This document shows, in pieces, positions 18,312-26,932 of a stretch of DNA of 64,000 nucleotides. The DNA is taken from positions 599,633 through 663,632 of the forward strand of contig JBBDUI010000002.1 in assembly GCA_040903985.1 (NCBI GenBank), written 5' to 3'. A program made the position numbers and the translations under genes. This DNA is from Candidatus Saccharimonadales bacterium (GTDB lineage Bacteria > Patescibacteriota > Saccharimonadia > QS-5-54-17). Every line of letters starts with the position of its first letter. Position 1 is the first letter of the stretch. Under the pieces are notes generated by a model. It searched no databases, was not told the origin of the DNA, and saw nothing but the letters and a program-made list of their open reading frames with translations.

Positions 18312-19787
18312 ATGGTTGCAAATCAACAAAAAGGAAAACAACTAATAACTCTCAATGAGCATATTGGTGTACCTGTAGAAAAACTTGAAGAACTGGGTAT
18401 CCTAAACGCAATAATCGGCATAGATACTAAATTATTCATTGACCCTAAGTTGATAAATGTTACTGATATACCTGAACTTGATAATGTTGTAGAGGACATT
18501 CGTGCCTATGTTCGTAAACTGATATCTGTAAATAATCAGGCAGCAAAATCCGAACGTATTAGACAGATTGCAATAAAGATGATTGCCATTGAAGAACCAA
18601 AAGGTCTATCAATCGGTTACGGAAACAGCAGGGATAGTGGTACTTCCATTTCAGAAAGTGTGGCAAGGAAATCACTGCAATCATTATCTGAAATGATTTC
18701 AATCGGTGTAGAAGACCTTGAAGTTATGGAAATGCTAGGACTGTTTATAAGCAGATTCGGAGCTGACAGCATTAGTGATTTAATATCACACATCATTTAT
18801 CCCCGACTTTGTGCGTATACCCAAAGAGTCTCAAAAGAACTTGGTATAAAGGTTAAGGTATTTGAAATAAACGAAGCAAAGTATAACCTACCTGCACACC
18901 CCAAAAAAGATACTCCGCTTATTTTTGTTCCATTAGTGATATTGAGCGAACTTCCATTGGCGACTAGTTGGGAAGAAATTGCAGTTGCCGCCCAGTTAAA
19001 CGAAAAATGCAGACAAGCCTTTAACGACTTAGTCGGAGCCGATATTGCAAATTACGCAAAAAAGATTAAGAAGAACCCAGCACTTGTTACTGGTTCAATT
19101 GAAGCAATGAAAACCCTTATAGCCATCTATGACGAAGCTGTTGTAAGACCATATGATAGACAAAAAGACCCCGCTGGATACGTTCGTCTAAGCAAATTCG
19201 CGGCACAACTTAACGACAAGCTGCAATCACCAAACACGGTTATTAAAAATACAAACGAAATGGTTGAGTTTATTGACGGACAAGTAATAGACCAGTTTCG
19301 TCGTAATATTGAAAAACTAGGAGCTAACACCTTGCTGTACCACCGAAAAGGTGAATCTCCTGATTATTTGAAGCCAGTCAGAGAAGACGCTGCACAGATT
19401 ATTTTCCATACAGCTGCTGACCACATCTGTCAAAATAACGACATTTTGGTAAGTAGGGAGCCAGCGGTTGGTAATGGTGCTGTGGATTTCACAATTGGTC
19501 AAGGTTCTAGCAATAAGGCGGTCGTTGAAATTAAAAAATCAAACAATAAGAACCTGATTGACGGATATAATTTACAATTACAAGAGTATGTGGAACGAGA
19601 GAAAGCGGCTATCGCATTCTATGTAGTTGTATTAGTAACTCAAGCAAGTGTGGATAACAAAGATTCACAGTTGAACGAACTTAAAAAAATGTATGCTTCT
19701 AAATTACGCAAAAAAGAACAATGCCCAAGATTAGTAATTATTAATGGTCTTGAACAATTAAGCCCAAGTAAGATGAGGAGCAATTAA
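18312..19787 (+). CDS. Hypothetical 491-aa protein with a C-terminal PD-(D/E)xK-like motif.
   Basis: GNGAVDFTIGQGSSNKAVVEIKKS (D-x13-E-x-K) near the C-terminus. The rest is unrecognised. Confidence 0.4.
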   Translation: MVANQQKGKQLITLNEHIGVPVEKLEELGILNAIIGIDTKLFIDPKLINVTDIPELDNVVEDIRAYVRKLISVNNQAAKSERIRQIAIKMIAIEEPKGLSIGYGNSRDSGTSISESVARKSLQSLSEMISIGVEDLEVMEMLGLFISRFGADSISDLISHIIYPRLCAYTQRVSKELGIKVKVFEINEAKYNLPAHPKKDTPLIFVPLVILSELPLATSWEEIAVAAQLNEKCRQAFNDLVGADIANYAKKIKKNPALVTGSIEAMKTLIAIYDEAVVRPYDRQKDPAGYVRLSKFAAQLNDKLQSPNTVIKNTNEMVEFIDGQVIDQFRRNIEKLGANTLLYHRKGESPDYLKPVREDAAQIIFHTAADHICQNNDILVSREPAVGNGAVDFTIGQGSSNKAVVEIKKSNNKNLIDGYNLQLQEYVEREKAAIAFYVVVLVTQASVDNKDSQLNELKKMYASKLRKKEQCPRLVIINGLEQLSPSKMRSN

Positions 19788-20039
19788 CTAAGTAATCAAA
19801 TCTGCCGACAGATTAAATTGCCTTACTAAATCCTGTAACTTATAATTGTCTACATTGCCTTGGTTAGCGGTTAGAAATACACCAGCTATCCGGCACCAAA
19901 TGCTTAATTATCAAACTATGAACAAACCCTGACTACTTTATTGAAGCTGAGTATGGACAATAACCCTAGACTGCACAGTTGCGCCATCAACCATAACCGC
20001 TGTAGAGTATGGATATAACAAACGGTAGTAAAACATTCT

Positions 20040-21407
20040 ATGCCCCGCCTACCAATCCCCGGATCAGACGAAGGAACATGGGGTGATATCCTCAACGAGT
20101 TCCTCAGCGTCGAACTAGCTAGTGATGGCTCTCTCAAACGCGGTACCGAGCTAACCCAGAAGCTCAACCGTAGTGGCGACACCATGGGCGGCAATCTCAG
20201 TCTTGGTGGAAACCGTATCATCGGGTTAGCCGACCCCACCAACGCTACTGATGCGGCTACTAAGAACTATGTAGATACAGCTGATATAGCATCCCACACC
20301 ACCACCCACCAATCCGGCGGAACTGACGAACTGAACGTCGATGGCCTCTCCGGTGAATTAGCCGACCCTCAAATACCGAAAGGCCACTCACTGGGTGGTA
20401 TAGAACACAGTGCTACCACCCTGGCTGCCCTCAACGCCAAGCTCAGTGACGCCACCCTTGATGATGCCAGTGCTACTCGTACCCCAACTGAGCACGGTAA
20501 TGAAGCCCATTCCGCTACCTTCATCACGGCTGCCGAAGCCCCTGTTCAGTCCGTCAACGGTAACACCGGTATTGTTTCACTCGATGCCAGTGATGTAGGA
20601 GCTGATCCCTCCGGTACCGCTACCACAGCTGTTACTGATCATGAGGCAGCAGCAGATGCACATTCAGCTACCAGCATTGAGTTCGATCCGACCGGCCTTT
20701 CATACACTACAGCGATAGATGTCCAACAAGCCATCACCGAGCATGATCAGGCGATTGGTGATGGTACGTCGGGGCCGCCGCAGGTAGACACGTTCACAGC
20801 GTCGGGGACATGGGTCAAGCCGACCGGAGCGAAGCTTGTCGTTGCTCATGTCGTTGCTGCCGGTGGGGGAGGATCAGAACAGGATGGGTTCGGCGACGGT
20901 GGCGGAGGTGGGGGCGGGTCGCTACTCATTGTTGTATCCGCTGATGAACTTGATGCGACCGAGATAGTCACGGTCGGCTCAGGAGGGGCTGGTGCAACGG
21001 CCGGTGCATCGGCGGGTAATGGTGGCAGCAGCGCTTTCGCAGGCTACAGTGTCACCGGCGGGGGAGGATCGCGTAACCCTACAGGAAACAGCAAAGGTGG
21101 CGGGCACGACGGAGGTGCCGGCAGCTCTGGTGGAGCCCCCGTCGGTGCAGCTTTTGGTGGTGGTGGGGGGGGCCGGAGTTCGGGCTCGGCAATCCCTGGG
21201 GCTGGTTCGGTCTACGGCGGCGGCGGCGGTAGTACAAATGGAGCAGCCGGTGGGCCTTCGACGTTCGCTGGTGCAGGTGGTGTTGGGTCGACTGGCAGCG
21301 GAACGGGCGGTGCGGGCGGCATTCCCGGCGGCGGCGGCGGCGGGTCGCTGACTGGAACGGGCGGAGCAGGTGCCCGTGGCGAGGTTCGTATTACAACCTA
21401 CTTCTGA
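20040..21407 (+). CDS. Tail-fibre-like protein (455 aa) with a C-terminal Gly-rich module.
   Basis: MPRLPIPGSDEGTWGDILNEFLSVE leader. GDTMGGNLSL...TNATDAATKNYVDT collar. FTASGTWVKPTGAKLVVAHVVAAGGGG followed by about 200 aa of Gly-rich sequence ending GGAGARGEVRITTYF. Confidence 0.7.
   Translation: MPRLPIPGSDEGTWGDILNEFLSVELASDGSLKRGTELTQKLNRSGDTMGGNLSLGGNRIIGLADPTNATDAATKNYVDTADIASHTTTHQSGGTDELNVDGLSGELADPQIPKGHSLGGIEHSATTLAALNAKLSDATLDDASATRTPTEHGNEAHSATFITAAEAPVQSVNGNTGIVSLDASDVGADPSGTATTAVTDHEAAADAHSATSIEFDPTGLSYTTAIDVQQAITEHDQAIGDGTSGPPQVDTFTASGTWVKPTGAKLVVAHVVAAGGGGSEQDGFGDGGGGGGGSLLIVVSADELDATEIVTVGSGGAGATAGASAGNGGSSAFAGYSVTGGGGSRNPTGNSKGGGHDGGAGSSGGAPVGAAFGGGGGGRSSGSAIPGAGSVYGGGGGSTNGAAGGPSTFAGAGGVGSTGSGTGGAGGIPGGGGGGSLTGTGGAGARGEVRITTYF
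21165..21172 (+). repeat. G8 homopolymeric tract inside the Gly-rich coding region of 20040..21407.
   Basis: Read directly (tggtGGGGGGGGcc). Confidence 0.8.
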
Positions 21408-21570
21408 TCGGGTTAGCATATGTGGTATGCGCAGTAATGATCGACAATGTCACCAGTCGTTCGCCTGTCCTCGAAATCGAATCTGGTATAAATAACGATA
21501 TTAATTTATTGCAAAACGATAAATAGTATGCAAGACTAGTCATAAGATAATTATAGAAAAGGTGCAATAG

Positions 21571-22032
21571 ATGAATCGAGGATCAACCATATTCTTAAGA
21601 CTAGTTATTCTTACAATCGGACTAGTAGTCCTGGCACTTTGTGTCTACGGGATTCCACAAGCACTTATGTCGGACGTTGGCGGGTATAGATTAATCCTAC
21701 TCGGTATGTATGTACCGGCTATTCCGTTTTTTATCGCTTTATACCAAGGGTTTAAGCTGCTAGATTATATCGATAAAAATCAAACTTTCTCGAACTCATC
21801 GACTAAAGTCCTAGGGAATATAAAGTACTGCGGGATTGTAATTAGCGGGCTATATGTACTGGGCATGCCGTATGTTCTCATCGTCGCTGAGCGAGATGAC
21901 GCTCCGGGAGTAGTACTAATCGGGCTTATCATTATTGGTGCTTCCCTCGTCATTGCCGCCGCAGCTGGCCTATTCCAGCGCTTACTTCAGAATGCTATCG
22001 ATATAAAGTCTGAAAACGACCTGACGGTCTAG
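21571..22032 (+). CDS. DUF2975-like polytopic membrane protein (YoaS-like).
   Basis: 4 TM helices. Adjacent to a YozG-like XRE regulator, as in the Bacillus yoaS-yozG pair. Confidence 0.45.
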   Translation: MNRGSTIFLRLVILTIGLVVLALCVYGIPQALMSDVGGYRLILLGMYVPAIPFFIALYQGFKLLDYIDKNQTFSNSSTKVLGNIKYCGIVISGLYVLGMPYVLIVAERDDAPGVVLIGLIIIGASLVIAAAAGLFQRLLQNAIDIKSENDLTV

Positions 22033-22038
22033 GAGTAG

Positions 22039-22266
22039 ATGATGGCGATAATCATTAACATCGATGTCATGCTCGCAAAGCGTAAGATGAGCGTGACGGA
22101 ACTAGCGGAGAAGGTAGGCATCACTCTGGCGAATATCTCTATTTTAAAGAATGGCAAGGCAAAAGCGGTGCGGCTGTCGACCTTGGAGGCAATTTGTGAA
22201 GCGCTTGGATGCCAACCGGGAGATATACTAGAGTATCGCAATAATGAAACGAAAGAAGAGGCTTAA
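22039..22266 (+). CDS. XRE-family HTH transcriptional regulator (YozG-like, 75 aa).
   Basis: MSVTELAEKVGITLANISILKNGKAKAVRLSTLEAICEALGCQPGDILEY is a Cro/C1-type HTH. Confidence 0.75.
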   Translation: MMAIIINIDVMLAKRKMSVTELAEKVGITLANISILKNGKAKAVRLSTLEAICEALGCQPGDILEYRNNETKEEA

Positions 22267-22268
22267 TA

Positions 22269-22574
22269 ATGGAGAATAATACCCAAGTTATAGGAAAGAG
22301 AAACATAATCCGTATCGTGCTGGGAACTGCACTCATCCTGCTCATTCCGCTTATCGCGATGCAATTCACTGATGAAGTAGACTGGAAGCTATTTGATTTC
22401 GTTATTATCGGCATACTGCTGCTTGGTACTGGATTCACCTATGAATTGCTAGCGAGCAAGATGAAAGCTCCGGCTCAGCGAGCGATGCTCGCGCTTGTGC
22501 TCGTAACACTGCTCTTTCTAATCTGGGCAGAGCTGGCTGTCGGTATCTTTGGCTCACCATTTGCGGGGTCGTAG
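22269..22574 (+). CDS. Small membrane protein (101 aa).
   Basis: Three predicted TM helices. ORF only. Confidence 0.45.
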   Translation: MENNTQVIGKRNIIRIVLGTALILLIPLIAMQFTDEVDWKLFDFVIIGILLLGTGFTYELLASKMKAPAQRAMLALVLVTLLFLIWAELAVGIFGSPFAGS

Positions 22575-22842
22575 AAGTAGGAAAATCTCGTTAGTGAATG
22601 GATCTTTAACGTCTAATGAAGTGATTAGCTGGATATTTGGCGTGGTATTCGCGGTAATCGGGGTACTGAATTTGATATTGGTGCATGTTGTGCCGGGAGT
22701 CTTTTATCTCTTTTTATCCCTCATATATTTTCCGGCGAAAAGTATTTTTGCAGGAATAAAATTCAATAATCGTATTCCACTAAGAGTCAAAATTATAATC
22801 GGACTGATGGTTCTCTGGGGGACTTTAGCTGTGGGGAGCTGA
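22549..22842 (+). CDS. Small membrane protein (97 aa).
   Basis: TM helices. ORF only. Confidence 0.4.
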   Translation: MAHHLRGRRSRKISLVNGSLTSNEVISWIFGVVFAVIGVLNLILVHVVPGVFYLFLSLIYFPAKSIFAGIKFNNRIPLRVKIIIGLMVLWGTLAVGS

Positions 22843-23001
22843 CAGAGATGTTTGGTCTATAATTCTGCACAGTTTAGCATCTCGCCTAAGCTAAATGGGT
22901 AGACATCATCTACTCATCGGCCTATAACTATAGCTATAAGGTCTCTAACTGGCCATAAAGCTTTTCATAAAGTAACAATTCAATAATCAAGGAGATTCAC
23001 C

Positions 23002-23643
23002 ATGGCACTACTGACTAAATCATACCCGGCTCGACTAGATATCGACTACCCTAAAGAACTGGACCGTTTTACTACTTTCGTCCGTATCTTGTGGGCAATT
23101 CCGATTGTAGTAATTCTTTTATTGCTCACTGCGACCGGTGACGAAACTATAGTTAATGAGGCCGGTAAAGAGGTAGCGACTAGTAGCGGCGGCATCGTAA
23201 GCGGCTTGTTCGTAGCGACTGCGCTCATGATTTTGTTTAGGCAGCGTTATCCCCGCTGGTGGTTTAACTTCGCTCTAGAGCTCAACCGTTTCAGCACGCG
23301 AGTAGGTGCGTACCTACTTTTGCTTACCGATAGCTACCCGTCTACCGTCGATAAACAATCTGTCCAGCTCGATCTTGACTATCCTAACGTCAAGAAGAAG
23401 CTGAACCGGTGGTTGCCATTAGTGAAGTGGCTATTAGCCCTACCGCACTACATAGTATTGATCGTGCTGGCAGTGGGCGTGGTATTAGCCACCATCGTGG
23501 CTTGGTTTGCCATTCTCTTTACAGGTCGTTATCCGCGAGCGCTGTTTGACTATGTGGTTGGAGTAATTCGCTGGGCGTGGCGAGTTGATGCTTACGCCTT
23601 TCTCCTAGTTACGGATGAATATCCACCCTTCCGTCTGTCTTAG
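23002..23643 (+). CDS. DUF4389-like membrane protein.
   Basis: Two-fold internal repeat, each half having TM helices (ILWAIPIVVILLLL / LLALPHYIVLIVLAV). Confidence 0.45.
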   Translation: MALLTKSYPARLDIDYPKELDRFTTFVRILWAIPIVVILLLLTATGDETIVNEAGKEVATSSGGIVSGLFVATALMILFRQRYPRWWFNFALELNRFSTRVGAYLLLLTDSYPSTVDKQSVQLDLDYPNVKKKLNRWLPLVKWLLALPHYIVLIVLAVGVVLATIVAWFAILFTGRYPRALFDYVVGVIRWAWRVDAYAFLLVTDEYPPFRLS

Positions 23644-23753
23644 GCTACTGCTCGTATAGTCTAGTTCGACACTTCAAGGAGATAGTCTCAGGCATGCTTA
23701 TTTATAGTGTAGTAGTTAGATAAACTAGGCTGAGAGCCAGTTTTATACTACGC

Positions 23754-24296
23754 TTGTGCTTGACGAATAGCGCGCCTAGGTTCTTAATCTCAGTTATGAC
23801 ACATCCAGATACTTCTAGGTCAATCGAGTCGGTAACAGCTGTAAGCGCAGAATCATTTCATCCGCACTTAAGCGCCGAAGAAACAGTACTTGAAGTTGCT
23901 GAACTAAACTTATCTTACCTACAGCCGGATTATGAGTTGCTCTTTAGTAGTGAGCTTTCTGATGGAAACCACCTGTACTACATGCGTGTTTTGTCTATTA
24001 GTGAAGGCGGTAATCCCAGAGTGGTGCTAAGAGAAGTGCGAGATAATCGTTCACCTTCAGGCCTATGTGCAATTCTACCCCAGGATACTTTGGATATAGC
24101 GTTAGTGATGGGTGGGTGTGAACGCATCGATCCAGGATGGGGAGCGGCTGAGGGCGTAGAGTCAGGCTGGTTGAGAGTGGGGATGCGAGCTTGGTATCTC
24201 AAGCCTATGCTTATAGATTCCGTGACACAGGACTTTTTGAAAGTAGAAGAGGCTGCTTCACCGCCGATTCAGAGAATAGCGTTTGTAGAAAACTAG
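23754..24296 (+). CDS. Hypothetical protein (180 aa).
   Basis: ORF only. Confidence 0.35.
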   Translation: MCLTNSAPRFLISVMTHPDTSRSIESVTAVSAESFHPHLSAEETVLEVAELNLSYLQPDYELLFSSELSDGNHLYYMRVLSISEGGNPRVVLREVRDNRSPSGLCAILPQDTLDIALVMGGCERIDPGWGAAEGVESGWLRVGMRAWYLKPMLIDSVTQDFLKVEEAASPPIQRIAFVEN

Positions 24297-24300
24297 CTAA

Positions 24301-24386
24301 TGGTGCCCGGGGTGGGACTCGAACCCACATGCCGGTTAGGCACGAAATTTTAAGTTTCGCGTGTAAACCAATTCCACCACCCGGGC
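24301..24386 (-). tRNA. tRNA-Leu (anticodon UAA), long variable arm.
   Basis: Reverse complement gives acceptor GCCCGGG/CCCGGGC, anticodon arm CGAAA-CTTAAAA-TTTCG, a long variable arm, T-arm GGGTTCGAGTCCC, and CCA. Confidence 0.8.
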
Positions 24387-24504
24387 ATATGAAATTACAC
24401 TCAGGCAAAACGTTACTGTTCTGCCTGATTAAGGAAGGATAGCGAAAAGTTGGAGCAATGAAAAGTGTACTTAGCATCGCGTAAACTGATAGCTTATCCT
24501 AACG

Positions 24505-24578
24505 TGGAGGCGCGTACCGGATTTGCACCGGTGTACAGGGTTTTGCAGACCCTTGCCTAACTCCTCGGCCAACGCGCC
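24505..24578 (-). tRNA. tRNA-Cys (anticodon GCA).
   Basis: Reverse complement gives acceptor GGCGCGT/ACGCGCC, anticodon arm AGGGT-CTGCAAA-ACCCT, T-arm CCGGT-GCAAATC-ACCGG, and CCA. Confidence 0.8.
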
Positions 24579-24688
24579 GTAGCTGACGGCTACTTAATGG
24601 TATATCAATCTATACACGAGCGCCAACCAGAGCTGGATATGGGGACTTACAGATGCTATAATATGGCCAAACTAAGAGGTATAAAATC

Positions 24689-25237
24689 ATGTGGATCGCT
24701 ATCACGATTATCGCCGTTGTACTGGTCGCTATAGTATTTATTTATAACAGTCTGGTACGGGCTAATGTGCGGACTGAAGAGGCGTGGAGCGATATCACTG
24801 TGCAGCTCAAACGCCGTCTAGACCTCATCCCTAACCTGGTTAACACCGTTAAAGGCTATGCCTCGCATGAGAAAGAGGTCTTTGAGAAGGTGACTCAAGC
24901 TCGGGCGCAAGCGCTTAACGCTAGTGGCGTAAAAGAGACCGCTGAAGCTGAGAATCAGTTCGAGGGAGCCCTGAAGAGTCTATTTGCCGTCGCTGAAGCC
25001 TATCCGGACCTTAAGGCTAGTGATAACTTCCGTGAGTTACAGACTGAGCTGGTCGACACTGAGAATAAGATTCAGGCCGCCCGTCGTTTCTACAACGGTG
25101 CAGTACGTGATCTCAATATTAAGACTCAGGTGTTCCCGACCAATTTAATCGCTGGTATGTTGGGCTTTACGGAGAAGGAATTCTTCGAAGTTGAAGACAT
25201 GGCCACCGTCCGTGAGCCGGTCGACGTCCAGTTCTAA
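24689..25237 (+). CDS. lemA: LemA family protein.
   Basis: N-terminal TM helix, then the conserved LemA region ([25 protein letters not shown]...). Confidence 0.8.
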   Translation: MWIAITIIAVVLVAIVFIYNSLVRANVRTEEAWSDITVQLKRRLDLIPNLVNTVKGYASHEKEVFEKVTQARAQALNASGVKETAEAENQFEGALKSLFAVAEAYPDLKASDNFRELQTELVDTENKIQAARRFYNGAVRDLNIKTQVFPTNLIAGMLGFTEKEFFEVEDMATVREPVDVQF

Positions 25238-25274
25238 TTAGAGTAGTTAATTAATACTAAAGAGGTGTGACTAG

Positions 25275-26168
25275 GTGTATTCCGCAGTCCGAAAAAACAA
25301 ACTGAAGACCGTACTTATCATCTTCGCCTTTGTGCTACTGATGAGTGCGCTGGGATGGGTAATCTCCGTTACTCTTGATACCCCGGGTTTCTTTATCCCG
25401 ATGTTGATTTTCGCCATTACTTACGCTGGGATTAGTTACTTCGCTAGTGCGAAGATGGCGATCGCTATGACTGGGGCCAAACCGGTAACAGCTCAGGAGG
25501 CTCCCCGCCTGTATAAGATAGTAGAGAACTTAAGCATTAGTGCCGGTATGCCGATGCCTAAGATTTATATCGTTAACGACCCGGCCCCCAATGCCTTTGC
25601 CACCGGGCGAGATCCGGAGCACGGCGTGGTAGCTGCTACGACTGGCATCCTCGATATATTAGACGATAGCGAGCTTGAAGGAGTGATGGCCCATGAGCTC
25701 AGTCATGTCCAGAACTATGACATTCGGGTCACTAGTATCGTTATCGCTCTCGTGACGATTATCGCTTTCGTTAGTGATTGGTTACTGAGAATCGGAATGT
25801 TCGGCGGTCTTGGCGATCGAGACTCGCGGGCGGGGGGAGTAATGCTGCTGGTCAGTATCGTAGCGGCCATCATCGCACCCTTAATCGCGATGATGCTGCA
25901 GCTGGCCGTCTCCCGGAAGCGAGAATTTCTCGCAGACGCGTCAGGAGCGTTAATGACCCGCTATCCGGAAGGACTAGCTAGCGCTTTGCAGAAGATTGAA
26001 AGTTCGGCTCGACCTATGCGTAAGGCCAACAACGCTACGGCTCACCTCTTTCTGGCCAATCCTTTCGGCCGGGAAAAGCGCGGCCAGTTCGTACGTAAGT
26101 TATTCAGTACTCACCCACCGACGGCCGATCGTGTGGCTCAGCTGAATCAAATGGGAACTGAGCTTTGA
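25275..26168 (+). CDS. htpX: Zinc metalloprotease HtpX (M48 family).
   Basis: HELSHV zinc motif. TM helices. PTADRV C-terminal motif. Confidence 0.85.
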   Translation: MYSAVRKNKLKTVLIIFAFVLLMSALGWVISVTLDTPGFFIPMLIFAITYAGISYFASAKMAIAMTGAKPVTAQEAPRLYKIVENLSISAGMPMPKIYIVNDPAPNAFATGRDPEHGVVAATTGILDILDDSELEGVMAHELSHVQNYDIRVTSIVIALVTIIAFVSDWLLRIGMFGGLGDRDSRAGGVMLLVSIVAAIIAPLIAMMLQLAVSRKREFLADASGALMTRYPEGLASALQKIESSARPMRKANNATAHLFLANPFGREKRGQFVRKLFSTHPPTADRVAQLNQMGTEL

Positions 26169-26932
26169 CAGCGCAGGCAGCGACTCGCCCTTTACCAACG
26201 GCCCGCCGACTGGCAAGAGTCGGTTTTGCGCGCTGGCGCTCGCTTATAACTTCACTTACCTTAGTCGCTTTGGTGGCGGTAGCTGTCGATTTCTTTATCG
26301 TTACTTCGTCCGATACAGCTACGTTTGCCGGCGAGATCTGGTTCGCCATTATCATGAGTGTACTTATCTGGCGTATTGCTAAAACTACAGATAAGCAGCA
26401 ACCAAATTTACGCCAGACATTCTATAGTGGTTCACGCGATTTCATCAAACAACTCTTAGTGCTACTAGTTTGGATACTCTACCTTATACCGTTCGCAGTC
26501 GGTGGGTTGTTTGTGGAGCAGGTGATGCGCTATCAGTTTGGCGCCTCAACACCGGAGCAGGTAGTAGCTAGCGTAGTCTGGTTCTTACTAGCCAGTCTAA
26601 GCCTATACTGGCTACTGCGTTCTTGGTTAGCACCGCTTTACGTGGCAGATAAGAGTCCGGTTGCAGCAATCAAGGCCGCCTGGGGCTTCAGCCGCAAACG
26701 TTTGTGGTGGCTGGCTCGCAGTGTGGGATTGGCCGTACTGATTGCTACAGTTCCATTAATCCTCGCTGTAGTACTACTCTATGTGCCGGCTTTAAATAAT
26801 GATTGGATGGTACTTGTCATCAATCTGCTGACGCGGTTTATACTAATCGCCTTCTCGCTAGCCTACTTGATAGCTGTAACTTATGAGATCAAACGACATG
26901 GCCCTCCAGTCCAACCAAAACGAAAAAGATAA
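26165..26932 (+). CDS. Polytopic membrane protein, hypothetical.
   Basis: About 6 TM helices. Start/stop coupled to htpX (ATGA). Confidence 0.45.
   Translation: MTAQAATRPLPTARRLARVGFARWRSLITSLTLVALVAVAVDFFIVTSSDTATFAGEIWFAIIMSVLIWRIAKTTDKQQPNLRQTFYSGSRDFIKQLLVLLVWILYLIPFAVGGLFVEQVMRYQFGASTPEQVVASVVWFLLASLSLYWLLRSWLAPLYVADKSPVAAIKAAWGFSRKRLWWLARSVGLAVLIATVPLILAVVLLYVPALNNDWMVLVINLLTRFILIAFSLAYLIAVTYEIKRHGPPVQPKRKR

Larger units (their letters stand above)
8054..19900. mobile_element. Roughly 12 kb low-GC genomic island integrated at the tRNA-Gly 3' end, carrying a serine recombinase and defense-type cargo.
   Basis: Sampled lines show about 30-36% GC inside the island against roughly 50% in the flanks. 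An integrase abuts the tRNA. Cargo includes RM, nuclease and macro genes. The right boundary is approximate (composition shift near 19800-20000). Confidence 0.6.

Noticed and set aside
20800-21420. ORFs 20979..21419(-) and 20992..21351(+), rich in Ala/Arg/Pro.
   Set aside because: They are alternative-frame translations of the GGN-repeat (Gly-rich) coding DNA of 20040..21407. Their composition is driven by GC-rich codons.
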